Assembly (NCBI GenBank): GCA_963744515.1 | Contig: CAVUTN010000009.1 | Coordinates: forward strand, 5,637 to 69,636 | Reading direction: 5' to 3' | Length of the DNA: 64,000 nucleotides | DNA from: an uncultured Actinomycetes bacterium | GTDB lineage: Bacteria; Actinomycetota; UBA4738; HRBIN12 | Part shown: one piece after another, positions 33,178-45,317 of the stretch | How the letters are laid out: the number at the start of each line of letters is the position of its first letter | How positions within the stretch are numbered: position 1 is the first letter of the stretch | Made by a program: the position numbers and the translations under genes | Notes under the pieces: generated by a model | Told to the model about the DNA's origin: nothing | The model's database searches: none | The model's input: the letters and a program-made list of their open reading frames with translations, nothing else

Positions 33178-35080
33178 ATCTCGAAGAGCACCATCCCCGA
33201 GCGGTCCGCTCGCGCGGACCTCGCGTTCGCGCTGAACACGCTCGACGGCCGGTACCACGTCGTCGATCGTATCGCCGCGGGCGGCATGGGCGAGGTCTAC
33301 CGCGCCCGCGACGCCGTGCTCGAGCGCCCCGTCGCGATCAAGGTCCTGCACCGGAACCTCGCGGGCGACGCCGGCTTCATCGAGCGCTTCCGCCGCGAGG
33401 CGCGCGCCGCCGCCAACCTCAACCACCAGAACATCGTCGCCGTCCACGACTGGGGCAGCGTCGACGGCATCTACTACATGGTGATGGAGTACGTCGCCGG
33501 GCTCTCGGTCCGCGAGATCCTGCACGCCGAGGGGCTCCTCGCGCCGGCGCAGGCGGCCGACGTGCTCGACCAGACGCTCGCGGCCCTGCAGCACGCCCAC
33601 CGGCAGGGCATCGTCCACCGCGACGTGAAGCCCGAGAACCTGATGGTGACGCGCGACGGCGTCGTCAAGGTCGCGGACTTCGGGCTCGCGCGGGCGTTCG
33701 CCGACGCGCAGATCACCGAGGCCGGCAACGTCACCGGCACCGTGCAGTACCTCGCGCCCGAACAGCTCCAGGGCGAGCCCGCCGACCCGCGCACCGACCT
33801 GTACGCGCTCGGGGTCGTCGGGTTCGAGCTCCTCACGGGCCGGCTCCCGTTCACCGGCGAGACGCCGATGGCGATCGCCTACCAGCACATCCACGAGCCG
33901 ATGCCGAAGCCCTCGTCGATGAACCCGGCCGTGCCGGCCTCGCTCGACGGGTGGGTCGCCTCCGTGACCGAGAAGCAACGCGAGCTCCGTCCCGAGTCGG
34001 CCGCCGAGGCGCGGCGCGACCTGGAGGCCGAGGCGCGTGCGCTCCCCGCGGCGCCGCCGCTCGCGTCGCTGGTGCCCGAGGTCACGGTGATCCCGGCACC
34101 GGCCGACGTCACGGCGGTCCCCGAGCCGCACGGCGATCCCGCCGAGACCGTCACGATCCCGGGTCGCGCGCTCGGGCGTTCGAAGCGGAAGCGCCGCAAG
34201 GGCCGGTGGGCGCTCGGGATCGTGCTGGCGCTCCTCGCGATCGGCAGCGCGGCGTGGGCCTCGTGGACCTACCTGATCCCGCACGAGGTCGACGTGCCCA
34301 AGGTCGTCGGCCTCACCGTCGAGAACGCCCAGGCGCAGCTCGAAGACGCGGGGCTCGTCGTCCGGATCGCGGAGGGCCGCAACTCGACGAAGGTCCCCGC
34401 GGGCAGCGTGCTGAAGGTGCAACCCGCCGAGGGCACGACGCTCGAACGGGGCGACCGCGTCACGCTGGTCCCGTCGCTCGGTCCCCCGCCGGTGCCGGTC
34501 CCGAACCTCGTGGGCCTGCCGCTCGCCGACGCCAAGGAGGCGCTGCGCGAGGCGCACCTCAAGGTCGGCGAGGTCACGAAGGCGTTCGACGAGCGGTTCG
34601 AGGCCGACCAGGTGGTCCGTCAGAGCGTGAAGGCCAAGCAGGATGCGCCGCAGGGCAGCGCGATCGACCTCGTGGTCAGCAAGGGTCCGACCCCGGTCTC
34701 GGTCGAGAAGGTCGTCGGGATGCAGCAGGACGAGGCGGTCGCCGTCCTCGAGTCCCAGGGGTTCGTCGTCGACGTGCAGGAGGAGTTCTCCGACAGGGAC
34801 CCGAAGGGCATCGTGATCTCGCAGACGCCGGAGAAGGGCACCGACCTGCAGCCCGGCAGGACCGTCACGATCGTCGTCTCGAAGGGCCCGCCCGAGTTCC
34901 CGATGCCGAACGTCGTCGGGATGGAGCCGGGACGCGGCGGTCGCGAAGCTCCGGAGCCTCGGCCTGCTGGTCGACGTCGCGATCGTGCCCGGGCACGGCG
35001 GCTCGCGCGTCGTGTTCCAGGAGCCGGCGAGCGGCACCACGGTGCACGCGGGCGACCTCGTGCACATCTACGTGGCGTGA
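33178..35080 (+). CDS. Ser/Thr protein kinase with extracellular PASTA repeats (PknB/PknL-like)
   Basis: GGMGEVY, VAIK, HRDVKPEN, DFG, YLAPE, one TM helix, about four PASTA repeats (VP.VVG...VVSKGP). The start codon is uncertain. Confidence 0.92.
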
Positions 35081-35899
35081 GGGTCGGCGCGCACCTGCGG
35101 AGCGGGCTCCGCACCGCGATCCCGCTCGCGCGCGAGACCGGCGCGGAGGTCGTCCAGCTCTTCATCTCGAGCCCCCGAGCGTGGTCGGGTCCGCGCCTGG
35201 AGACCGCGCAGGCGTTCGGCGCCGAGTGGCGCGAGGCCGCGATCGGTCCGCTGTTCGTCCACGCGCCGTACCTGGTGAACATCGCGTCGCCGAACCCCGA
35301 GTTCCTCTCCAAGTCCATCGAGCTCTGCCGGCGTTCGGTGGCGGCGTGCGGCGTGCTCGAGGCGGGCGGCTTCGTCGTGCATTCGGGGGCGGGTGGCGAG
35401 GGCGAGGTCGCCGACGCGCTCGACCGGTGCGCGACCGTGCTCCAGGCCGTCCTCCTCGAGACGCCGGACGAGACCCAACTGCTGGTCGAGCTGATGGCGG
35501 GCACGAGCGGCGCGGTCGCCTCGACGCTCGGCCGAGGCGCGGACGCTGTTCGACGCCGTGGACGACGACCGGCTCGGGCTCGTCCTCGACACCTGTCACC
35601 TGTTCGCGACCGGCTACGCGCTCGACGAGCCCGAGGGCGTCGACGCGCTGTTCGGGGAGCTGCGGGAGCTCGAGCTCGCCGACCGGCTCCGCCTGATCCA
35701 CATGAACGACGCGAAGTTCGAACGCGGCTCCAAGCGCGACCGGCACGAGATCGTCGGCGAGGGCGGCATCGGCCTCGAAGGTTTCCGCGCGATCGTCACC
35801 CAGCCCGAGGTGCGCGACCTCTCGGTCGTGGTCGAGACGCCGTCCTCGGGCGAACGCCGCCGACTGGAGCTCGAGACGATCCGCTCCCTCGCCGCCTGA
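35077..35899 (+). CDS. nfo: Deoxyribonuclease IV (AP endonuclease 2 family; frameshift ~35530)
   Basis: VGAH, QLFISSPRAW, HAPYLVN, VELMAG, LDTCHLFA, HMND, DRHE. Confidence 0.88.
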
Positions 35900-35923
35900 C
35901 GGCCCTCGACGTATCGTTGCCGG

Positions 35924-36417
35924 ATGGACGCGACGACGCTGACGGTCGTGATCGAGATCCCCGGGGGCTCGAGGAACAAGTACGAGCTCGACGCCGAGAC
36001 CGGCCAGATCTTCCTCGATCGGATGCTGTTCACGGCGACCAGGTACCCGGCCGACTACGGGTTCATCGAAGGCACGCTCGGCGGCGACGGCGACCCGCTC
36101 GATGCCCTCGTCTTCGTGGGCGAGCCGACGTTCCCGGGATGCCGCATCCTGGTCCGGCCGGTCGGGGTGTTCGTGATGCGCGACGAGAAGGGCCCGGACG
36201 AGAAGGTGCTGTGCGTGCCGCTCCGCGACCCGGCCTGGTCACACGTCCAGGAGCTCGCCGACCTGCGCCCGACGCTCCTCGCCGAGATCGAGCACTTCTT
36301 CGCCGTCTACAAGGACCTGGAGGACCACGCGACCGAGACCGACGGTTTCCGCAGATCGCGAGACCGCGCTCCAGATCATCCAGGAGGCGAGGGAGCGGGC
36401 GGCCGCGCAGGGCGTAG
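35924..36417 (+). CDS. ppa: Inorganic pyrophosphatase (family I)
   Basis: [34 protein letters not shown]. Confidence 0.93.
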
Positions 36418-36424
36418 CCGTCCG

Positions 36425-37050
36425 CTACGGCTCGAGCTCGGCCCGGGGGCCTTCCTGGTACGAGTAGCGCTCCTCGGCCCAGGGCTCGGCGTGGATGTGG
36501 TACCCGCGCACCTCCCAGAACCCGCGCTTGTTCTGCGCCGAGAACTCGAGCCCGCGGAGCCACTTCGCGCTCTTCCACGCGTAGCGCTTGGGCACGACGA
36601 GACGGAGCGGGAACCCGTGCTCGCCGGTGAGCGGCTCGCCGCCGTGGGCCCACGCGACCAGCACGTCGTCGTCCAGCATCGCCTGGAGCGACAGGTCCGA
36701 GGTGTACCCGTAGTCGCAGTGCGCGATCACCCACTTCGCGTCGTCCTGCACGCCCGCCTTCTCGGCCAGCACGCGGAACGGCACGCCGGTCCACGTGTTG
36801 TCGAGCGTCGACCAGCCGGTGACGCAGTGCATGTCCGCCTCCACGTCGACCGGGCCGAGCTCCTTCAGCTCCGCGTACGTCAGCGAGATAGGGGTTGTCC
36901 ACGAGCCCGTTCGACCTCGAGGTTCCACGTCGACTCGTCGAAATCCGGGATCGGGCCGAAATGCAGCACCGGCCACGTCTTCACGAGCCGCTGGCCGGGC
37001 GGGATGCGCTTGGCGATCTCCTCGGGGTACCTCGGGCCGAACAGCTTCAC
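36425..37050 (-). CDS. Sulfite oxidase-like molybdopterin oxidoreductase (frameshift ~36910)
   Basis: [47 protein letters not shown]. Confidence 0.88.
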
Positions 37051-37061
37051 GAGGGAGCCTC

Positions 37062-38112
37062 CTAACTCGGCGGCCACGGCCTTCCAGGCCGCGATCGCCG
37101 TCTCGACGTCCTCGTCGGCGATGTCGACGTGCGTGACCATCCGGACCTTGCCCGAGACCACGCTCACGCCGACGCCGTGTCCCTCGAGCCGGTTCGCGAC
37201 CTCGAGCGGGGTCATCGCCATCGATGCTTCCGTGTCGGCGAAGACCATGTTCGTTTCAACATCGGCGGGATCCAGGCTGCCGGGCACGATCTCGGCGACG
37301 GCCTCGCCCAGGCGACGGGCGCGCTCGTGGTCCTCGTGCAGGCGCTTCGGGCCCTCCTCGAGCGCGATCAGGCCGGCGGCCGCGATCACGCCCGCCTGCC
37401 GCCAGGCGCCGCCGAACAGGATCTTGATCCGGCGACCCTCGCGCATCTGCTCGGCCGTGCCGCAGACCAGCGACCCGATCGGCGCCCCGAGCCCCTTCGA
37501 GACGCAGAACATCAGCGTGTCGACCTCGGCCGCGTACTCGGCGACGTCCACGCCGGACGCCGCGCTCGCGTTGAAGATCCGCGCGCCGTCCAGGTGGACG
37601 GCGACGCCGGCCTCCTCGGCCACCTTGCGGATCGCTCGGAAGTCCTCGACGTCCATCACGGTTCCGCCGGCGTGACCGCTGGTGTTCTCGAGGCAGACGA
37701 GGTCGACGATCTCGACGTCGTAGGGCTCGTCCGGCTCGAGCGCCGCCCGGACCTGGTCCGCGGTGATCCGGCCGCGGCGGTCGCCGTGGACGGTCCGGTA
37801 CGCGATCCCGGACAGCACCGCCGCGCTCATCACCTCGGTCGAGGCGACGTGCGACATCGGTTCGGCCGCCACGAGGTGCCCGGGGCCGGAGAAGTGCAGG
37901 CGCAGCGCGATCTGGTTGGCCATCGTCCCGGTGGGGACGTACAGCGCGGCCTCCTTGCCGGTGATCTCGGCCGCGCGCTCCTGGAGGCGGTGGACCGTCG
38001 GGTCGTCCCCGAACCAGTCGTCGCCCACCTCGGCCTCGGCCATCGCCTCGCGCATCGCCGCCGACGGCTTGGTCACGGTGTCCGAACGCAGGTCGACCCG
38101 GAAGGCCTTCAT
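37062..38112 (-). CDS. ltaE: Low-specificity L-threonine aldolase
   Basis: [50 protein letters not shown]. Confidence 0.9.
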
Positions 38113-38146
38113 GGGCACCGAGTATATGGACCGTCGGCGGAGAGGC

Positions 38147-39295
38147 TCAGTACAGGAACATCGGCTTGCCGTCGACGTGGCGGATCTTGGGCCGGTAGGC
38201 CTCGACGTCGTACAGGGCGCCCACGTCCACGCGCTTCACGCCCTGACGGACGACCGGCAGCGGGACGTTCGTGTAGTTGCCGTTGCGGAGCGCCACCAGC
38301 CGGCCGAACTGGCTGCTCGATCACGAGGTCGGCCGCCATCACGGCGTAGTTGATCGCCACCATCAGGTCGAGCGAGTCCGGCGAGCCCGAACGCATCAGG
38401 TACCCCACCTGCTGGTAGATGATCCCCTCGCCGGTGATCTCGCGGAGCGCCTCGCCGGTGACCTGGCCGATGCCGCCGAGCTTCAGGTGCCCGTAGGCGT
38501 CGGCCATCCCCGCGTGCACGGTCTCGCCGCCGATCATCGTGGCGCCCTCGGAGATCGTCATCATCGCGTAGCTGCTGGGGTTCGCGCGCTTGTCCTGCAT
38601 CAGCTTGGTCGGCGAGCTTCTCGATGTCGAACGGCACCTCGCTGATCACCGCGCGCTCGACGCCCGACAGGTACGCGGACACCAGCGAGGTCTCGCCGCT
38701 GTACCGCCCGAACACCTCGACCACGGCCAGGCGCTCGTGCGAGCCGGCGCTCGTCCGCAGCTGATGGATGAAGATCACCGTGCGCGTGATCGCCGTCGAG
38801 AACCCGATGCAGTAGTCGGTGCCGTGGACGTCGTTGTCCATCGTCTTGGGGATCGCGACGACCGGCACGCCCTCCTCGTGCAGGCGGAGCGCGAACGAGA
38901 GCGTGTCGTCGCCCCCGATCGGGATCAGCGCGTCGATGCCCAGCCGGTCGAGCACCTTGAGGACGTGCGGCGTGTGGTCGGCCGGCCCCTCGTGGTCGAC
39001 CGAGCGCAGGAACTCGGGCTCCTCGGACGGGTCGTACCCTCGCCGGGTTCGTCCGCGAGGTGTGCAGGATCGTCCCGCCGCTCCGGTCGATCGTGCGGAC
39101 GGCGGCCGCGTCGAGGTCGACGATGTTCGCGGCCACGGACGCCTGGTCGTCGGGGTCGCATCCGAGGAGGCCGGCCCAGCCGCGGCGGATCCCCACGACC
39201 TGGTGCCCCTCCTCGGTCGCCCGGAGCGTGGCGGCCTTGATGCACGCGTTCAGGCCCGGGACGTCGCCGCCGCCCGTCAGGATGCCGATCTTCAC
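38147..39295 (-). CDS. 6-phosphofructokinase, GGDD type (probably PPi-dependent; frameshifted)
   Basis: [44 protein letters not shown]. Confidence 0.88.
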
Positions 39296-40341
39296 GGGCG
39301 CCTCCGCTCCTCGAAGAACAGCTCCGCGACGGCGACGAGCTCCTCGGGGACCGGCCGGACCTTGGCGGCCTCGGCGAGCGGCACCTGCGCCGATCCGGTC
39401 GCCTTGCAGGCGCCACCATCTGACCGAACCCACCCTGCGCGATCAGGTCGGTCGCCGCGACCCCGAACCGCGTCGCCACGATCCGGTCGGCGGCGACGGG
39501 CGATCCGCCGCGCTGGACGTGACCGAGCACGGTGACCCGGGTCTCCCCGCCGGTCAGCGCCTCGAGCCTCGGCGCGATCTGGTACGCGATCCCGCCGAAG
39601 CGCGGCGCGCCGCGAGGATCCATCGGGTACTCGGGCGACCGGCATCGTGCCCTCGGCCGGCATCGCCCCCTCCGCCACGACGACGATCGAGAAGGAGTGC
39701 CCGGTCGAGGTGGCGGCGCCGGAGCACCGAGGCGACCTCGTCCAGGTCGAAGGGACGCTCCGGGAGCAGGATCGAGTCCGCGCCACCCGGCGATCCCCGA
39801 CGACAGCGCGATCCATCCAGCGCTGCGACCCATCACCTCGACCACCATCAGGCGGTCGTGGCTCTCGGCGGTCGTGTGGAGCCGGTCGATCGCGTCGGTG
39901 GCGACCTGCACCGCGGTCGCGAACCCGATGCACGCGTCGGTGCCCGACAGGTCGTTGTCGATCGTCTTCGGGATGCCGACGACCGGCACGCCCTCGGACG
40001 ACATGTGCGCCGCGGCGCCCATCGTCCCCTCGCCGCCGATCGTGACCAGGGCGTCGACGCCGAGGTCCGCGAACGTGCGGCGGACGCGTTCGACCCCTTG
40101 CTCGAGGTACGGGATCCGCGCCGGAGGAGCCCAGGATCGTGCCGCCCCGGTGCAGGATCCCCTGGACGGAGGCCGGCGTGAGCTCGAGGACGTCCCCGTC
40201 CATCACGCCGCGCCAGCCCTGGCGGAACCCGAGGACCTCGAACCCGTGCACGTCGATCGCCGTCCGCACGACCGCGCGGATCGCCGCGTTCAGGCCGGGC
40301 GCGTCTCCGCCCGCCGTGAGGACGCCGATGCGTGTGGTCAC
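39292..40341 (-). CDS. pfkA: 6-phosphofructokinase, GGEG type (probably ATP-dependent; frameshifted)
   Basis: [50 protein letters not shown]. Confidence 0.88.
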   Translation of the reverse strand: MTTRIGVLTAGGDAPGLNAAIRAVVRTAIDVHGFEVLGFRQGWRGVMDGDVLELTPASVQGILHRGGTILGSSGADPVPRARGRTRPPHVRGPRRRRPGHDRRRGDDGRRGAHVVRGRAGRRHPEDDRQRPVGHRRVHRVRDRGAGRHRRDRPAPHDRREPRPPDGGRGDGSQRWMDRAVVGDRRVARTRSCSRSVPSTWTRSPRCSGAATSTGHSFSIVVVAEGAMPAEGTMPVARVPDGSSRRAALRRDRVPDRAEARGADRRGDPGHRARSRPARRIARRRRPDRGDAVRGRGDRPDRAGWVRSDGGACKATGSAQVPLAEAAKVRPVPEELVAVAELFFEERRRP

Positions 40342-40464
40342 TCGTCGCGCTCCTGTCGGGTCGTGCCTGCGGTCAAGTCCCGTGGTCGGGCTGTCGAGAA
40401 CCTGGATTGTACGGCCCGGTCGAACCGGCCCGGTTCGAAGCACCGCAGCCCGAGGGGATGCCCG

Positions 40465-41501
40465 ATGCCGAAACGACTCCTGGTCTGCCGTGCTCGCGCT
40501 CGTCGCCTTGATGGCGGCCTCGCCCGCGCGCGCCCACGACCTGGCGCCGTTCGTCCGCGACCATCGGGACCTCCCGCAGGTCCAGCGGCTGATCGTCCTG
40601 CACGAGCGGCTCCACCGGATGATCGCGCGCTACGAGGCCCTCGAACGCCAGGCCGGGCCACGCGTGGATCGAGGTCGTCGACGCCGAGCACTACGTCGCG
40701 GACGCCGTCGCCACCTCCGAGGCCGCCGAGGCCGACCTGGCGGCCCGCGTGCGAGCCGCGTACCAGTTCGGCGCCGGCGGGGCGGTCGAGGCGCTGCTCA
40801 GCGCCGGCTCGTTCGCCGACGCCGCGACGATCTCCGAATACACCGCGCGGACGATCACGCTGCGCAACGACGTCCTGCGCGACTCGTTGGTCGCCCAGGC
40901 GGTCGTCGTGGCCAAGCGGGCCGAGGCGCAGGCCCGTCGATCCTCGCTCGAACCCAAGCTCGACGTGCTCCGCAGACTGATGACGCACATGCAGGCCACG
41001 GTGGACGAGGCGACCGATCTCGCGCGCGAGGCCGCGATCGCCGACGACGCGCTCCAGGCGCAGCGGGCCGCGGTCGCGGCGGCGGCCGCGCGGATGGGGA
41101 CGTGGGACATCATCGGGTACCAGGACGACCAGAGCCCGCTGCTCGCGCTGCTCGGACCCACGGGCGGCCGAACCTGCGACACCCCCGAGGGTCTCGCGCC
41201 GACCGGCGAGGTGTTCGACGGCTACGCGTCGTGGTACGGGTGGGAGTTCGGCGGTCAGCCGACGGCGACCGGGGCGATCTTCGACCCGCGGCTGTTCACC
41301 GCCGCGAACCGGTCCCTGCCGTTCGGCACGTTCCTCCGGGTGTCGTACGAGGGGAAGTGCGCGATCGTGCTCGTCAACGACCGCGGGCCCTACGGCCGCC
41401 TGGAGCGCGTGATCGACCTGTCCGAGGCGGCGGCCGAGTACCTCGGGGTCGGGGTCTCGTGGGTGCACGCCGAGATCCTCGTGCCGACCTCTCGGATCTG
41501 A
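40465..41501 (+). CDS. Secreted coiled-coil protein with RlpA-like double-psi beta-barrel (lytic transglycosylase) domain
   Basis: Signal-peptide-like N-terminus; ASWYG..F.G..TATG, TAANRSLPFGT, VNDRGPY, IDLSEAAA. Confidence 0.85.
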
Positions 41502-41536
41502 CCGGCTCGCGCCGACGCCTCGGGTAGCATGGCGTC

Positions 41537-41674
41537 GTGCTCGCCGCGTGGGGTCTGCTCGAGTGGACGTTCGCCTTCCTCCTGGTCGGCCTGACCGGGG
41601 CGGTCGGCCTGGCGTTCCTCTACATGGTCGGGACGCTGTTCGTGAACCCCGGCCGGCGCAAGCGCTCCGTCTGA
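41537..41674 (+). CDS. Small (45 aa) membrane protein, probably leaderless
   Basis: VLAAWGLLEWTFAFLLVGLTGAVGLAFLYMVGTLFVNPGRRKRSV*. TAGCAT -10 lies 6 nt upstream; GC3-rich codons. Missed by the ORF track. Confidence 0.6.
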   Translation: MLAAWGLLEWTFAFLLVGLTGAVGLAFLYMVGTLFVNPGRRKRSV

Positions 41675-41686
41675 CGGCGTGACCGG

Positions 41687-42186
41687 CTAGCCCTCGGCGG
41701 TGCGCGACCCGAGCTCGCGGTCCAGGATCAGCAGCGACGCCGGCTCGCCCCCGAGCGTCTTCAGCGTCTGGACGATCTCGCGCCGCCGTGCGCTCCTCCT
41801 CGACCTGTTCGGTCACGAACCACTGCAGGAACACCTGGCTCGCGTAGTCGCCGTGCTGGACGGCCATACCGAACAGGCCGTCGATCATCATCGTCACGTT
41901 CATCTCGTGCGCGAGCGCCTGCTCGAACGCCCCCTGGGGCGTGCCGAAGTCCGACTGCGGGCGCGTCGATGCCCGTGAGCATCACGCGGCCGCCCCGATC
42001 GACCACGTGCCGGACGAACTTCAGGGCGTGGTCGCGTTCCTCGTCCGACTGGAGCTTGAACCAGTGCGCGAACCCCGGCAGCGCCTGCTCCTCGCAGTAG
42101 GCGGACATCGCCAGGTACAGGTGCGACGAGTAGAGCTCGGCCGCGATCTGCGTGTTCATCGCGTTCTCGATGTCGGGTGAGAGCAT
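41687..42186 (-). CDS. ftnA: Non-heme ferritin (frameshifted)
   Basis: QIAAELYSSHLYLAMS, GFAHWF..QSDEE..HA, FLQWFVTEQVEEE. Confidence 0.9.
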
Positions 42187-42220
42187 CGCCGGTCCTCCTT
42201 CGGGTGCGATCGGTCCGAGC

Positions 42221-42909
42221 CTACTCCGACCCGGGCAGGGTGAGCTCGGCGACCAGCGGCCGGTGGTCGGACGCCTCGCGCGCGTCGGGGCCGGGAGGGA
42301 CGAGGACACGTTCGACCACGATGCCCTCCGAGACGAACAGGTAGTCGATCCGCGCCGTCCGGCTCGTCCGCCGGGAACGTGTCTCCGTCCGCGTCGCCGC
42401 CCAGCAGCCAGGCGTCGCGGAACCGTTCGGACAGGAACCCCACGGCTCGGCCGTCGGGCCGCTCGTTGAGGTCGCCGCCGGCGACGATCGGGGCGTCGAG
42501 GTCGTCGACCAGCGCCGCGAGCGCCCTCGCGTCCTCGAGCCGCTCGCGCGGGTGCAACCCCAGATGCATCGAGACCGCGCAGAGCCTCGCGTCGCCACGC
42601 CCGAGCGTCGCGACGAGCGCACCCCGCGGGTAGAGCCACGGGCCGCCTTCGAAGCGGTGTTGCCGGTGTTCGACGATCTGCCAGGGCGGCCCGGACGAGC
42701 ACCGCGTCCTTCACGCGGCGCCGGAGGGGTGACCACGGGTCCGCGGCGAGCTCCATCCCGAGGGCCTTCGCGAACCGCCGGAGGCGCCACCTGGATCCGG
42801 TCTCGTTCAGCAGGACCAGGTCGGGCTCGAAGTGGCCCACCAGCCGCACGAGGCGATCGAACCCGTCCCGGAACCCGCGGACGTTGTAGACGACGACCCG
42901 CACGCGCAT
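42221..42909 (-). CDS. Endonuclease/exonuclease/phosphatase family protein (frameshifted)
   Basis: VYNV, PDLVLLNE, HLGL, GGDLNE, RIDYLF, ASDHRP. Confidence 0.85.
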
Positions 42910-42922
42910 CTGGGGTCGGAGG

Positions 42923-43863
42923 TTAGCCCGCGACGATGCTCGTGCCGGACTCCCCCGCCAGCACCGCGACCGCCGCGTCGAGATCACCGATCGCCGAACG
43001 CGCGCCGCCCTGCTTCGACGAACCGGACCGCGGCCTCGACCTTCGGGCCCATCGAGCCGGCGCCGAACTCCCCCGCCTCGAGCAGCTCGCGGGCCTCCTT
43101 CGCCGTCATCCGTTCGATCGGCTCGGCGCGCTCGGTGCCGAACCCGCGCTGGCACGGCCGCCACGTCGGTGAGGACCAGCAGCGTCGAGGCCTCGACGTC
43201 GCGGGCCAGGATCGCCGCCGCGAGGTCCTTGTCGACCACGCCCTCGCGCCCGATCAGCCTCGGGCCCTCCTCGACCACGGGGATGCCCCCGCCGCCGGAG
43301 GCGATCACGATCGTGCCCTCGCCGACCAGCGTGCGGATCACGGGGGCCTCGACGATCGAGTACGGGTCGGGCGAGGGCACGACGCGGCGGAACCCGCCGT
43401 GCGGGTCGGGCCTCAGCACCCAGCCCTGCTCGGTCTCGAGCTGCCTCGCCTCGGCCTCCTCGTAGAACGGACCGATCGGCTTGGTGGGGTTCGCGAACGC
43501 CGGGTCGTCGGGGCGGACGCGCGTGAGCGTCAGGACCGTCGCGACGGGCCGCTCCATCCCGCGTTCGAAGAAGACGTCGCCGATCGTGACCTGCAGGAGG
43601 TAGCCGATCAGCCCCTGGCTCTCGGCGCCGCAGACGTCGAGCGGCATCGGGTGCACCCACCGCTTCGCGGCCTCCTGCTGCAGGAGGATCCGGCCCACCT
43701 GTGGACCGTTCCCGTGGGTGACCACGACCTCCCAGCCGGCGGCGGCGATGTCGGCGATCCCCTCGGCCGCCGAACGCGCCGACCCGTACAGGTTCTCGAA
43801 CGTGTCGTCCTGCCCGCGGCGCAGCAGCGCGTTCCCGCCGAGCGCGACGACGACGCGTTCCAT
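42923..43863 (-). CDS. arcC: Carbamate kinase (frameshifted)
   Basis: VVALGGNALL, THGNGPQVG, SQGLIGY, PTKPIG, RRVVPSP, GGGGIPV, VDKD, GSMGPKV. Confidence 0.93.
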
Positions 43864-43870
43864 CCGAGTC

Positions 43871-45188
43871 CTACTCGAGGACCGGCTTCAGCACGTCGAG
43901 CAGGCTCGGCGAGTCCGGCAGCACCTCGAGGTCGTACCGAACACGCACGGCGGGCTTGCTGATCTCGATCACGCGCCGGAGGTCGATCGGCGTGCCGATC
44001 ACCACGACGTCGACCTCGGCCGAGTCGATGATCTGCGCCATCTCGGCGAGCTGGCCGTCCGAGTACCCCATCGCCGGCAGCACCGGCGCCGACGTCGTAC
44101 TTGCGGAAGGTCTCCGCGATCGTGCCGACCGCCCAGGGTCGGGGGTCGACGATCTCGGCGGCGCCGTGGTTGCGCGCCGCGACGACCCCCGCGCCGAACT
44201 TCATCTCGCCGTGGGTGAGCGTCGGGCCGTCCTCCACGACGAGCGCCCGCTTGCCGCGGATCGCCTCGGGGTCGTCGACCGTGACGCGGCTGTTGGCCCT
44301 GACGACGGTCGCGGTCGGGTTCAGCTCGCGGATCGTGTCCATCAGCTGGTTCACCTGCTCGGTCGACGCCGAGTCCATCTTGTTGATCACGATCACGTCG
44401 GCCATGCGCAGGTTGGCCTCGCCGGGGTGGTAGCTCGGTCTCGTGCCCGGCGCGGAGCGGGTCGGCGACCACGACGTGGACGTCCGGGCGCGTAGAAGGG
44501 CAGGTCGTTGTTCCCGCCGTCCCACAGCAGCACGTCGCACTCGGCCTGCGCCCGCTCGAGGATGTCGCCGTAGTCGACACCCGCGTAGATGATCGTGCCC
44601 GAGGTGATGTGGGGCTCGTACTCCTCGCGCTCCTCGATCGTGGTGTCGTAGCGGTCGAGGTCCTCGAGCGTCGCGAACCGTTGGACCCGCTGCGCCTCGA
44701 GGTTCCCGTACGGCATCGGGTGCCGAACGGCCACCACGCGCTTGCCCTGCGTCCTTCAGCGTCTGCGCGATCGCGCGCGTCGTCTGGCTCTTGCCCGAAC
44801 CCGTCCGGACGGCGCAGACCGCGACGACCGGGACGGTGGCCTGCAGCATCGTCTCGCTCGGCCCGAGCAGCTCGAAGTTCGCGCCGGCCGCGAGCACCTC
44901 GCTGGCCTTGTGCATCACGTACTGGTGGCTCACGTCCGAGTAGCTGAAGACGACGTCGTCGACCCGCTCGTCCCTGATCAGCTGCGCGAGCTCGCTCTCG
45001 TCGTGGATCGGGATCCCGTTCGGATAGCGCTCGCCGGCGAGGCTGGGCGGGTACATCCGGTCGTCGATGAACGGGATCTGCGTCGCGGTGAAGGCGACGA
45101 CCTCGTAGCGACGGTCGCCGCGGTAGGCGACGTTGAAGTTGTGGAAGTCGCGCCCGGCGGCTCCCATGATGAGGACACGACGCGGCAT
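43871..45188 (-). CDS. arcE: COG2403-type P-loop NTPase (usually labelled 'GTPase' or 'cyclic 2,3-diphosphoglycerate synthase'); probable arginine synthetase
   Basis: MGAAGRDFHNFN, AFTATQIP, RTGSGKSQT, RHPMPYG, TIEEREEYE, WDGGNND, VEDGPTLTHG, LPAMGY; co-transcribed with arcC. Confidence 0.75.
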
Positions 45189-45317
45189 GGCCGAGGTCCT
45201 TTCGGAGGGTCCGAGGGTTTGATGCGCGGGAGAAGCCTCGCCGGTCCACGCACGGCGGGACCCCGGCGAGGCCCGCTCTTCAGGGACGAATCTACCCGGG
45301 TTGGGCGGGTTCCGGCA

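Noticed and set aside
33286-36417. Apparent kinase-endonuclease IV fusion (1043-aa ORF)
   Set aside because: Caused by an indel at ~34930. The true frames end and start in a GTGA overlap at 35077-35080.
36880-38118. Apparent threonine aldolase-sulfite oxidase fusion
   Set aside because: The junction contains a rare TTA codon overlapping an out-of-frame TAG, and an AGGAGG RBS before a GTG. Likely an indel artefact.
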